From Candidatus Doudnabacteria bacterium (lineage in GTDB: Bacteria; Patescibacteriota; Doudnabacteria; UBA920; 2-01-FULL-46-14): 64,000 nt of DNA. The DNA lies in assembly GCA_041497195.1 (NCBI GenBank), contig JBGQGB010000001.1, positions 9,904 through 73,903 of the forward strand, in the 5' to 3' direction. The number at the start of each line of letters is the position of its first letter. Position 1 is the first letter of the stretch. The notes under the pieces were generated by a model. The model was not told where the DNA came from, ran no database searches, and saw only the letters and a program-made list of their open reading frames with translations. The translations under genes were made by a program, and so were the position numbers. Below, piece by piece: positions 17,626 to 27,166 of the stretch.

Positions 17626-19545
17626 GGCCTGGAAACAGGAAAAAGTGCAGAAGAGGAGTCTTCGTGGCAGCGATGAAAGCACGAAGTGGGGAGGATGCCC
17701 GATCCCCCGGAGGAAACTGGCCTACAGTGTTCCTCGCTCCTCTCCTGCTCCAGGGGCCAAGCCTACTTGAACCCCACGGGCAATCTCAAAATCAGGACGG
17801 TACAAAATGACAGGAGAGAAGACTTCGTTCGAAGTAGAGCATTGAGGGGGTCAGGCCTCAATGTTTCCAAGGAAACGGTCGGCTCTGCCGTCCCCTTCTT
17901 CTCTCCTTCCGCCCAGAGGAGGTACGGGCGAACTCAAAGTTTCCGCAAGTCGTAGCAAAGCTGAACCTGAAAAAGGGACAGGAGAGGATATGTTGCGGTC
18001 GTGAGGGGGGTCAGGAAGGGTTACTCACGGCCTAAACAAAACAAGGGTGCGTCGTCCCGCAGGTCCTTGTGTCTCCTCCCCTGTATCGGCGCCCGCAAAC
18101 TTGCCAAAGCTCTGGCGGGCAAACTCAAGGAAGACTTCCTGCGCAGGCGGACTAGCTTCTAGGCTGCCTCCTACAACCATCAACAGATGTTTGCACCCTC
18201 CTTGAAGGTGGGCAAACAGATTGGAGGATTCGCACCATGAGCCGGCGAAGCTCGATTAGGTGCATTTTGGCGGGACATCTGTTGTGCCAATCCTGCCTGC
18301 GCAGCCCTTGGGAAAAATCGAGAAAACAAAAAATACTTATTAATCCTCCCGAAAGTTCAAAAAGTGCGTTTGCATCCATCCGGAGGGGAAGGGCCAGAGC
18401 TTCGGTTACTCCTCCAGGGAGTAGAGCTCGCCTCAAGGGTTGGTGTTCCCTTTAGAGGCTGGGGCTCGCTTTTCCAGAAGTTGACCCTATCCCCTGCCAG
18501 ACAGATTGACTCTACTTGGCCTGGACGTGGGCTCCGCAGACTCCTACAGTCCAGGCACTTCGGTGTGGCTAGGCTGCCTCGTCTACGAACAGAAATCGCA
18601 GACGACGTTAGCAAAATCTTACGGCTCCCCAAAAAAATTGTCAAATAAAAAACGCTGCGACCAAACCCAAAAACAAATCGCAGCTTAGGCAAACTGATAT
18701 CTAATCCTCTTTTGGTAAATATGACCCGGGGAAGGAGGGTGATCTGCCTTGGGCAGCAGATCATCATCATCTGGTGCCTTCCCCGGGGTACTGTTGCTGA
18801 AATGATAAAGCTTTCTGCCAGCCAAGTCAACCAGCCTGGGAAAAAAAATAAAAAAATACCGGGAAAACCTGAGAAGGCTCCTCACTTTAGTGGTCGATGC
18901 ACCGAAAACTAGAAGGGTAGGTGTCGACTTCGAAAGTGAAGTAGTATCTTCCAGGTCTCCCGGCACGTGCCCATTCTCCGCAGAGAAAAGACACATTTGC
19001 TCTGGGCGCTCGGTCGTCACCAGCATTCGTCGCTCCGGTTTCCCGGACCAAGGATACTAGGTGACAGCGCGGACGCACGCAGAAAAGGAGAGAGGTGGGG
19101 TGGCAGCTTTGTGCCTGAAGCACAAGGCCTTTGAGCCCCTACGCTGGGGCCACTGAAAAAGCCTTTTGAGCTCCACCCCTTCGCGACCAACGCGGTTGCA
19201 GATGAACGAGCGCGTTGGGTTCTGAGTCCCGCGTCAATTCCGCCGCAGTGAAAAAAAATGAAGCGGCGGAGAAGCTTCTATACGCGCGGGCTGGGTTATG
19301 GTAGAAACAACACGAGTCTCAGTCACCTGGTCATCAGACTCACTTGCGCAAGCGGCCTTTTGTACCTCTCTACCTCGACCTCGTAAAACAAAGGTAGGTA
19401 AAGTAGGTGATGACTGCAGGTAGCTGAGTACCGGCACAAAAAATAATATGCCCAAATGGATTGGCTGTCAAATGAATCAGCACCTGCAGTACTTGCATTT
19501 CTACCCTGGTAGGGATACTTTTATGGCGCACCCATAAAACGCAAT
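17626..19545 (+). ncRNA. Candidate very large multi-domain structured RNA (or an array of structured RNAs / giant 5' leader)
   Basis: No credible ORF over ~1.9 kb; many nested inverted repeats of 7-11 bp, cUUCGg loops at 18400-18405 and 18558-18563, GCAA loop at 19348-19351, A-rich linkers; boundaries approximate. Confidence 0.7.
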
Positions 19546-19566
19546 TTAGCAACCCTGAGGAGGACA

Positions 19567-20340
19567 ATGATGGGAAAACTCTTTAAGTCTCAAGTTTTCG
19601 CCGCTGCTAGCGCAGTTCAAAGTGCCCAACGAAATCCATTTCTTCGCGAGCCTGGGAGTCCCAGAAAGGTCACCCCTATCCGGCAGCCCGTGCAAGTCAA
19701 TCACTTCAGCGAAGAGGCACTCGGCAAGCATTTTGACGAACAAATACAAAAACTTGAGCACCTAGGCTTCTCTGCCCAGGCGCTTGCACTCCTACATTGC
19801 CAAAAAGCCCAAGTCATTGAAGAAGCCGCGCAAATCCAATTCGGTTCCTTGGACTACCCGATCGTCCCGGTCCTGCCGCCGCCCTATGCCGGGTTCTACG
19901 AGCTAGTGTCCAAGGTCAGACTGGGCGAAAAAGTTTGTGCGACCTGTCTCGACCCGGGAGCCATCCGGCAACTAGTACACCCGCCACTGAGACCCTATTT
20001 CATGCTCGACGTAGTCTGCTTCACCCCAAAACCGGGAATCACGATGGACCCTTTGGAAACGCAAACGAGCGCGAGGAACGCCGGGTACGACTGCCACACG
20101 GAAATCGAAGTCCTGATGGTGGCCATGCTGACAGACGCTCTGACAAAGTGGCCGCTCAACGCTTGCGGATCTTTTTGCGCTAACGATGACATTCCCATAC
20201 TTCACCAGGACCAGACAGGTGCTCCTGTTTACGAGCTCGGCGCCGGAATCGCTACCAGTGCTGTTTCCACCCCATTGTGCCAACAGCGACTCTGTTTCTT
20301 GAATAATGCGGGTGGATGGAGGAACCAATGGCTGGTCTGA
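19567..20340 (+). CDS. DUF5701-like protein
   Basis: Strong SD GAGGAGG at 19557-19563; FDEQIQKL...YPIVPVLP...RPYFMLDV...TEIEV...GS...IPIL...P pattern recalled from DUF5701 (not HMM-verified). Confidence 0.7.
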   Translation: MMGKLFKSQVFAAASAVQSAQRNPFLREPGSPRKVTPIRQPVQVNHFSEEALGKHFDEQIQKLEHLGFSAQALALLHCQKAQVIEEAAQIQFGSLDYPIVPVLPPPYAGFYELVSKVRLGEKVCATCLDPGAIRQLVHPPLRPYFMLDVVCFTPKPGITMDPLETQTSARNAGYDCHTEIEVLMVAMLTDALTKWPLNACGSFCANDDIPILHQDQTGAPVYELGAGIATSAVSTPLCQQRLCFLNNAGGWRNQWLV

Positions 20341-20543
20341 ACGATGAAGAAAGGATGCGGATGGCAGAAGCACTTGCCGAGGTTTTTAGCGAAAGCCCGA
20401 TAGACAAGCAGAGGTTGAAAGCAGTAATGCCCGTCCTGCCGATGAATGAAGTTCTGGTAATTACAAAATTAGCACAAAAAATACTCAGAAAAAAAACAGG
20501 GCAGTCTCCTGCTCGGAGAATCCATGTCATCTGGCGCCAATGA
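20328..20543 (+). CDS. Small hypothetical protein (71 aa)
   Basis: GGAGG SD before ATG 20328, overlapping the upstream gene end; followed by a terminator. Confidence 0.65.
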   Translation: MAGLNDEERMRMAEALAEVFSESPIDKQRLKAVMPVLPMNEVLVITKLAQKILRKKTGQSPARRIHVIWRQ

Positions 20544-20569
20544 CCAATCCCCATCTATTCCTGAAACCC

Positions 20570-20605
20570 AGAGCAGGACGCTTTGCCGCGCCCTGCTCTT
20601 TTTTT
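20570..20605 (+). terminator. Terminator closing the DUF5701-like operon
   Basis: AGAGCAGG/CCTGCTCT stem plus T7. Confidence 0.8.
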
Positions 20606-20625
20606 GATTTCATTCCTAATAAACA

Positions 20626-21924
20626 CTAACCGAATATTTTGCGAAACAGCGAGCGGAAGAATTCGTAAATTTTCAAAAATACTCCCTGCCTTTGGCTCTG
20701 CAAGGCAATTTGCAGTTCTTCGCTGGGATTCATGATGACCAAATCCTGAGATTTATAACCAGGCGCTTGTACCAGGAGTGTTTGCGACGTCGGCTGCGGC
20801 ACGGACAACTGAAAATATCCTTCGGTCGTGGTGGTGGCCTCAGAGTATTTCGTCTTGACACTCGCTTTGGGGATAGGCTGGTTGAGGGAGTCTGTGACAT
20901 AACCACTGATAACGGCTGGTTTGTAGAACGACGTTAATGTCTCGACCGCTGGTTTGGGCGTGCCATCATCGCGCCACAAGGACGTGGTCCCGCTGAAACT
21001 CGTCCAATAATTGACCGCGGCGATTCCGGGGGTTTTGGCCAATCCGCCCAGCGCATCAGAAAGCCACCGGGCCTGCTCGCTCTCCGTCATCTGTCCTTGA
21101 ATGTCGGGGATGGGCACACCGAATTCGCCGATAGCGACGCGTCCCCCGCTCCGGACGGCGATATCGGCTGCGTCAGATACGAGCTCACCCGGACTGGCCA
21201 CATAATGGTCAATGGTCACGACTCCGCCCAGAGCCGCCGTGGTCGTCTTGTCCATAATCAAGCGCGCCACGTCGCCGTTCATAGAGATGTAATTGGAGAC
21301 GACTTTTTTGCCAATCTTCTGGAAGGCCTGACTCGTCACCCAATATTCATCTTTGAGAAACTGACGAAAACCGTCCACGTCGCCGGTAAAACGGGGATCA
21401 CCGGGACCCCCGTTTTCACACTCCGGACAAGGCGTAAAAACGTCCCCGTCCTCAAACAAAATGCTGTTTTTCAGGATGAAATTTTCGGTTTTGACCAAAT
21501 GCTCGCCGCGGGTGATTTTCGGATAATTGAACCAGCTCTCCCAGCCAGACCAATTCCCCCGATACCACACCGAGAGATGGTATTTGCGCGCAGCCGCCAC
21601 CCAGCGCTCCAGATACGGCGAAAACTCATCGTCGTAGGGCGTATCAATCGCGACGTGCGTCGCTCCCGTCGCGGCGATTGCTTTGACCTGCGCATCAATC
21701 ACCGCGTCAAAGGAGCTATCATGGAGCTTTGCTCTCGCCAAATCGCGTGAGTATTTCATGGTGTCGACGGACGTCACCGGCCACAAATGGGCCGCCGATG
21801 ACGAGCTCGACCCGGCCGATGCAGTTGCGGCCCGGACGAAAAAAACGACTAAAAACAAAAAAGGGACGAAGCCCAAAAGCGCAAAATATTTGGCTCGAGA
21901 AAGTTGTTTATTTCGCAGCAACAT
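20626..21924 (-). CDS. Membrane-anchored putative glycoside hydrolase (TIM barrel) with C-terminal carboxypeptidase-regulatory-like domain
   Basis: TM anchor; CPECENG and IGEFG acidic motifs; ISGYVTD..PIPKASV...TTTTEGYF..APGY; start MLLRNK assumed. Confidence 0.7.
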   Translation of the reverse strand: MLLRNKQLSRAKYFALLGFVPFLFLVVFFVRAATASAGSSSSSAAHLWPVTSVDTMKYSRDLARAKLHDSSFDAVIDAQVKAIAATGATHVAIDTPYDDEFSPYLERWVAAARKYHLSVWYRGNWSGWESWFNYPKITRGEHLVKTENFILKNSILFEDGDVFTPCPECENGGPGDPRFTGDVDGFRQFLKDEYWVTSQAFQKIGKKVVSNYISMNGDVARLIMDKTTTAALGGVVTIDHYVASPGELVSDAADIAVRSGGRVAIGEFGVPIPDIQGQMTESEQARWLSDALGGLAKTPGIAAVNYWTSFSGTTSLWRDDGTPKPAVETLTSFYKPAVISGYVTDSLNQPIPKASVKTKYSEATTTTEGYFQLSVPQPTSQTLLVQAPGYKSQDLVIMNPSEELQIALQSQRQGVFLKIYEFFRSLFRKIFG

Positions 21925-23605
21925 CCGAGGTCTTTTCGAAAATAAGGATCTCGGGGGAAGTATAAACTTTGGCGAAATATTTGAACAGGCGGCCCTGCAT
22001 GGCGGGCGGCTCGTAAATGCTTTTCCAGATAGTATCGTCTTTCTGGATGACAATCCATTTGGCGTAGCGTTCCGGAGCTTCGAGGGACTGCTCCCAGTAC
22101 GGCTTGTTGCCGATATAGATGAGATTATGCATGGGAATCCCTGCGCGGATGATGCTCATCTGCCGCGAATAGTCATCGAGAAGCACCAGGCCATTGTCAT
22201 AGTGATCATGCATCCATCGCTCGGCGTCCGGGCGCTTGGCTGACGACAAACCCGCCAGGCCGTCCTCGAGCGTAACGATTTTGGTATACCCCACGCCGAA
22301 TAGCGCCAGCTGCAAAACCAGCAAACCCGCGAGTAGCCCCTTCATTGCCGGTTTGCTCCGGTAAAAAAGATACCCGAGGAAAACGCCGAGGGCCGGCAGC
22401 ATTAGCACGCCGTAACGGGCATTGAACAAAATCCAGTCGAAATTCTTGGGCGTGAGGTCCGGGATGAAAATAACGGACTGGCCCAGGTAAAGGGTGAGCA
22501 CATTGAACGCAAACGGCACCAGCAGCAGCATGGCGATCCACAGCCGCTGGCGGTCGCGGTTGCGAAACAGATAAACCAGAAACCCAATCAGGGCAAACAG
22601 GAAAATCAAGATACCGGCATTGGCCATGGTGGTCACGAAATAATACAGAAACGAAGTCAGAATGTGGTGATAGCCTGGCAATTCGCCTCTGGCGAGCCAG
22701 CCGAGCTGCTGAGATTTGGCGGAAAACTGGCTGTGGGTGAAATACAGCGGGTCGCCCAGGATGAGGCCGCCCCAGCCGAGCCACATCAGGATACCGAAAA
22801 AACCCAGGGTCGCGAACAAAATCGTCATCCCCTCAACTTTGGCCCAATTTTTTTGGATGGTCTGAATCGTTGTTGCCCGGACCCACGCTGCCTTGGCGAA
22901 ATTGCCAGGTTTGGGCGACAGTCCGGAACCTTTCGCGGAAAATCCCTGGACAAACAGCCACAACGCCAGAATAATCGTCTCGGCTGCGACCAGGGACCAG
23001 CCGTCGTAGCGGGAAAGCGCTGCCGCGAATCCGAACAGTCCGGCCAGGATAAGGGAGTTGAGACCCTGCTGATCAAACAAAAAACTGATGAAGTAGTAAG
23101 AAGACAGGACGAAAAAGACGATGAGTGTCAGCTCGGTCATGGGTGTGGCCTGCAAGTACAAAATATTCGGATTGAGCATAAATACCAGCGCGCCGAAAAA
23201 CGATGCGCCGGTGCTGGTTCTCAAAAGTTTCAATAATTTGTAGATATATAGGGCGGAGATGACATAGGCCACGCCGGAGATGATCGAACCAGCCAACCCG
23301 CTGCGCCACAAAAAATCCGACCAGACGAACGGCACCATCAGCAAGTGCGGCAGCGGCAGCCAGATACCCCCGAGCTGGGCAAATCCCGGCGTCAAACTGT
23401 CCACGACGCGCTTGGCGATATTAAGGTGCGACTCCGCGTCCCCGTATGCCACGATGATATCGTGGCCAAATGCATAAGCGGTGGCGCCTATGGCGAGCAA
23501 AACCGACAGGATGATGATCCAGGTTTCGGGCCTCACGCGCGAGAGACGCTCCCGGAAGCGGGCAAGGGTTGAGTTTTGAATGGTGATGCTAAGATTCATG
23601 TTCAA
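21908..23605 (-). CDS. GT-C fold membrane glycosyltransferase (ArnT/PMT-like)
   Basis: YGDAESH loop, WLPLPH, PMTE, multiple TM helices. Confidence 0.8.
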   Translation of the reverse strand: MNMNLSITIQNSTLARFRERLSRVRPETWIIILSVLLAIGATAYAFGHDIIVAYGDAESHLNIAKRVVDSLTPGFAQLGGIWLPLPHLLMVPFVWSDFLWRSGLAGSIISGVAYVISALYIYKLLKLLRTSTGASFFGALVFMLNPNILYLQATPMTELTLIVFFVLSSYYFISFLFDQQGLNSLILAGLFGFAAALSRYDGWSLVAAETIILALWLFVQGFSAKGSGLSPKPGNFAKAAWVRATTIQTIQKNWAKVEGMTILFATLGFFGILMWLGWGGLILGDPLYFTHSQFSAKSQQLGWLARGELPGYHHILTSFLYYFVTTMANAGILIFLFALIGFLVYLFRNRDRQRLWIAMLLLVPFAFNVLTLYLGQSVIFIPDLTPKNFDWILFNARYGVLMLPALGVFLGYLFYRSKPAMKGLLAGLLVLQLALFGVGYTKIVTLEDGLAGLSSAKRPDAERWMHDHYDNGLVLLDDYSRQMSIIRAGIPMHNLIYIGNKPYWEQSLEAPERYAKWIVIQKDDTIWKSIYEPPAMQGRLFKYFAKVYTSPEILIFEKTSDVAAK

Positions 23606-25121
23606 ACCTCGGGACTACAAACAAAAAAACGACGAAAATTATGAGCAGCAAGGCGTAGATGACCAAAGCGTAATCACGCAAATTGATAACGTGCCCGAAA
23701 AAATAATTATAGAGAAAACTGTCCGAGCGCCCGTCGCGGAAAAAAAGCCAGTTGCGCAGGAAATTGTCCGGCGTGTGGAGCGGCACTGCTTCGACTTTGG
23801 GCGGAATGGCGTTGGTGGTGAGCGCCCCGAGCAAGGCGACGGCACAAGAATATGCGAACAACACAAACGCGGCTATGCGCACGCTCCATTTCCATTTCGC
23901 TTTGGCCAGAGCATAAACTACAAACAATGACAGTATCGCCATACCCGGAATGAGATAGCGCGGGCCATAGGCCCAGCCGCCCCACGGGTCACCCCAGCTG
24001 CTATACAGAAAAAGATTGGTCAGCACCACACCGAGCAAGAAGCCGGATTCAAGGTCTAACCTTTCGGAAAATTTCAGGACAAATCCCAGGATTGCCAGTA
24101 AAAAGATCGGAGCGTACAGAAACAATCCCCTATCCCCGGAAAAAAGCAGAACGGTCAAACCATGCATGAAATTTTCCTGATGGAAAAATCCGGCAACGTC
24201 TTTTTCCGGAACCGTGGAACCCGGGCCGAGGACCACGGTATCGGGATTGGCCTGCTGGGCCTCTACTATGGTGCGTAGTGCAGGCAAACTCCCGGTCAGG
24301 GTATGCCAGGAACCCAAATAATGCTGGTTGAACGCGGCGAGTGGCCCGATTACCAGAATGAATGCTGCGAAAGTCAAAAGAAGCGGGGCGCGCAGGGAAA
24401 TTTTGATTTTTTCCGAGTCCTTGCTGATGCGGAAAGACACAACTAGGAAATAAATCATCACCGGCAAAAGCAATACGGCATTCGGATAATCAATCGTGAT
24501 AGACAGCCCGTATGCGAGCCAAGCCCAGACGGCCCACAGCCAGCTGCCGCGGGCTTGGTGTTTGTATTTCCAAACGGCGTAGAAGGCAGACAGCAGGAAA
24601 AACGCGGTGACGTGGTGCTGATAAAGCGTCACCGCGTAGCTCCATGCCGTCGAGCCAAAAGCGAAAATGACCACGGCAAGCAGGGACGCCCACACCGGCA
24701 GTTTCAATATCTCCCGTGCGATCTTGAACAGAAACAAAAGCGCCAGTATACTCATGAGCGATACAAAGGCAAAGCTCGCGACCTGGCCAAGGTGGTAATG
24801 AGCGCCGATGAGGTACAAAGGGTAGGCCATGTACGGGATGCCGGGCGCGAAGAAGCTGAAAAACTTATCGCCGTGGTAGCCGACGTCGGGATAAGCGATG
24901 TTCGCGAGCTGACGAGTGAGAGCGAACGTATGGCTCTCCGCCAGGGCAAGGATGTGCACGAAGCGTCCGCGTTCCGGGGAAAGCTCAAACGGCTGGCCAT
25001 TCTGGTCCAGCTGGTTTTTGAAATCCTGCGGCTGCGGATTGCCTTTCACACCGCGCAGAGTCAGCGCGTACAAAGACAGCCCCAGGATAACTATGAAAAT
25101 TAGCGCAAGTTTGTTCTTCAT
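23589..25121 (-). CDS. GT-C fold multi-pass membrane glycosyltransferase-like protein
   Basis: Many TM helices; RGLFLYAP, WGGWAYGPRYLIP motifs; start MKNKLA. Confidence 0.75.
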   Translation of the reverse strand: MKNKLALIFIVILGLSLYALTLRGVKGNPQPQDFKNQLDQNGQPFELSPERGRFVHILALAESHTFALTRQLANIAYPDVGYHGDKFFSFFAPGIPYMAYPLYLIGAHYHLGQVASFAFVSLMSILALLFLFKIAREILKLPVWASLLAVVIFAFGSTAWSYAVTLYQHHVTAFFLLSAFYAVWKYKHQARGSWLWAVWAWLAYGLSITIDYPNAVLLLPVMIYFLVVSFRISKDSEKIKISLRAPLLLTFAAFILVIGPLAAFNQHYLGSWHTLTGSLPALRTIVEAQQANPDTVVLGPGSTVPEKDVAGFFHQENFMHGLTVLLFSGDRGLFLYAPIFLLAILGFVLKFSERLDLESGFLLGVVLTNLFLYSSWGDPWGGWAYGPRYLIPGMAILSLFVVYALAKAKWKWSVRIAAFVLFAYSCAVALLGALTTNAIPPKVEAVPLHTPDNFLRNWLFFRDGRSDSFLYNYFFGHVINLRDYALVIYALLLIIFVVFLFVVPRFEHES

Positions 25122-25125
25122 GAAA

Positions 25126-26037
25126 TTACAGTAAAACTTTCTTGGAAGATGCTGAAATTTCAAATAGCGAATGGCTGGCGGGGTTATAAGTGGGAAAAAA
25201 CCTGGCATACAAATATGCGTACGCGTAAACTGCCAGCTTCACGGGATTTTTGAGGAAATATAATAGGGAGGTTCTCAGAGTAATAAAAAATGGTATACGG
25301 TATTCTTTTCTTACGAATTCGGGGGCGAAATACTTTTCCATCTGCCTCTTTCCGTCCATAAAACGGCGGCTCTGCTTGACGTGATCCGACAGATTGTCTG
25401 GGCACCGAAACAGAACCCCGGCACGCGGCGTAAATACAAACTGGAATCCGCTTTTGAGGCAGGACAGATATGAGAACGCATCCTCGGAATATTGAACTGG
25501 CCAGTGCAAATTTTTGTACAGAGATTTGGCAAAGGCCCGGCAACGACCGTGGCACAAGTAAATATTCGCGCCGTCATTGATCTGCTTGTACATGGCGACC
25601 TTGAGCTCGTGGCTGAACGCGATGACGCGCTCAAAAAAGCCCCGCGGCGGCGCGCTCACGGTTTCGGCACTGGTCAGGCCGACGCGCGTTCCGCTCAAAA
25701 TCGGCCGAATCAGCTCCTCGAGACAATCAGCCGAAGTCGGCAAAACGTCCGCGTCCAAAAGCACTAAAATGTCGCTTTCGGCGCGTCTCACTATCTCGTT
25801 TTGTCCGGCCGCGAGTCCTTGACGTAATTTGAACTCCACCAGTTCCACTAAGGGATCAGAAAACTGCCTGACAATGCTCGCAGTAGCGTCTGTGCTGCCA
25901 TCCGAGACGACCAGAATTTTTTCCAACACAAAATTCTCCCGTCTTTGCGACATGATAGACTCAAGCAAATTTTTTATATTTGCTTCTTCGTTATAAGCCG
26001 GGATACCGACCGTTACACTGGTACTGCCTGTCGCCAT
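25126..26037 (-). CDS. Glycosyltransferase family 2
   Basis: IPAYNEE, SDGSTD, LLDAD. Confidence 0.92.
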   Translation of the reverse strand: MATGSTSVTVGIPAYNEEANIKNLLESIMSQRRENFVLEKILVVSDGSTDATASIVRQFSDPLVELVEFKLRQGLAAGQNEIVRRAESDILVLLDADVLPTSADCLEELIRPILSGTRVGLTSAETVSAPPRGFFERVIAFSHELKVAMYKQINDGANIYLCHGRCRAFAKSLYKNLHWPVQYSEDAFSYLSCLKSGFQFVFTPRAGVLFRCPDNLSDHVKQSRRFMDGKRQMEKYFAPEFVRKEYRIPFFITLRTSLLYFLKNPVKLAVYAYAYLYARFFPTYNPASHSLFEISASSKKVLL

Positions 26038-27149
26038 TTCAGCTTCACCTCTTTCCTATTGGTTAATACGCCGGAGATTATTCCTGTAATGCGCAAAATG
26101 CTTTCCATTCGTAGATCGTGATAGAGCGGCAGGCACAACACCCGTTTGGAGACCGACTCCGCTGTCGGACATTGCCGCAACGGAACATAATCCAGACGAT
26201 TTAGAGCCGGATAGAAATACCGGCGCGGATAGATATCATTTTTTTCCAATTCTTTTTTCACCAAAAGCAATTCCCTTTCAGAACGAAATACCACGGGGTA
26301 ATAGGCGTAATTGTAAACAACATCTTTTTTATAGACCGGCAGCTGCAATTCGGTGTTTCTGAGAAGTTTGCTGTATGCCTGGACGAGCCGTCTTCGTTGT
26401 TCGATGAGATTGTCGGCTGCTTTGAGGTTGCACAAGCCCAAAGCAGCATGGAATTCGGAATTCTTGGCATTGATGCCCGCGGCTGTTATCTCATCTCCCT
26501 CATAGCCGAACTCGCGCAGGGACTTGATCTTGGCTGCGACACGGCTATCCCGCGTTATTACCGCGCCTCCTTCGGCAGTGTGGAACAATTTGGTCGCATG
26601 CAGGCTCAAAGTCGAGACATCGCCCCAGTTGAGTATCGATTCGCCGTTAAGCTTGACGCCAAAAGCGTGAGCGGCGTCATAGATGACTTTGAGATGGTAC
26701 TTCTTAGCGATTTTTTTGATTGCCTCCACGTCGCATGGAAAACCGTAGACATGCACGGCCAATATCGCCCGGGTGTCTTTGGTAATCGCCTGCTCGATTT
26801 TGGCGGGGTCGATGCAAAAATCATTCGGATCAATGTCAACAAAGACCGGCTTGCAATTCTCCCAGATTATCGAATTGGTCGTCGCGACGAAGGAAAACGG
26901 GGTGGTGATAATCTCGCCGCGAAGACCGAGGGATTTGATGGCCAGCTGGAGAGCCAGAGTGCCGTTTGCTACGTAGAGCAGATTATTCACTCCTAAATAA
27001 TTATTAAGCTCCTTTTCAAGCTCACGGACGAACTGACCATCGTTAGTGAGCCATCGCGTTTCCCAAATCCGCTTCAGGTACCCGATATACTGGCTCAACG
27101 GCGGCAGATAAGGTTTCGTCACGTAAATTTTCTCTCTCGCTTCTTTCAT
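26013..27149 (-). CDS. DegT/DnrJ/EryC1/StrS sugar aminotransferase (VioA-like)
   Basis: NGTLAL, YDAAHAFG, SLHATKLFHTAEGG. Confidence 0.93.
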   Translation of the reverse strand: MKEAREKIYVTKPYLPPLSQYIGYLKRIWETRWLTNDGQFVRELEKELNNYLGVNNLLYVANGTLALQLAIKSLGLRGEIITTPFSFVATTNSIIWENCKPVFVDIDPNDFCIDPAKIEQAITKDTRAILAVHVYGFPCDVEAIKKIAKKYHLKVIYDAAHAFGVKLNGESILNWGDVSTLSLHATKLFHTAEGGAVITRDSRVAAKIKSLREFGYEGDEITAAGINAKNSEFHAALGLCNLKAADNLIEQRRRLVQAYSKLLRNTELQLPVYKKDVVYNYAYYPVVFRSERELLLVKKELEKNDIYPRRYFYPALNRLDYVPLRQCPTAESVSKRVLCLPLYHDLRMESILRITGIISGVLTNRKEVKLKWRQAVPV

Positions 27150-27166
27150 GGTGTTATGGCTTTCTA

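Noticed and set aside
18364-19545. Group II intron (GTGCG at 18364) or group I intron reading of the large RNA
   Set aside because: No domain V hairpin, no RT/maturase ORF, no P7/J8-7 consensus and no interrupted host gene seen
17686-19567. Short ORFs of 60-157 aa on both strands in the 17.6-19.5 kb region
   Set aside because: They overlap each other, lack SD and protein-like composition, and cut across the paired elements; better explained as chance ORFs in structured RNA
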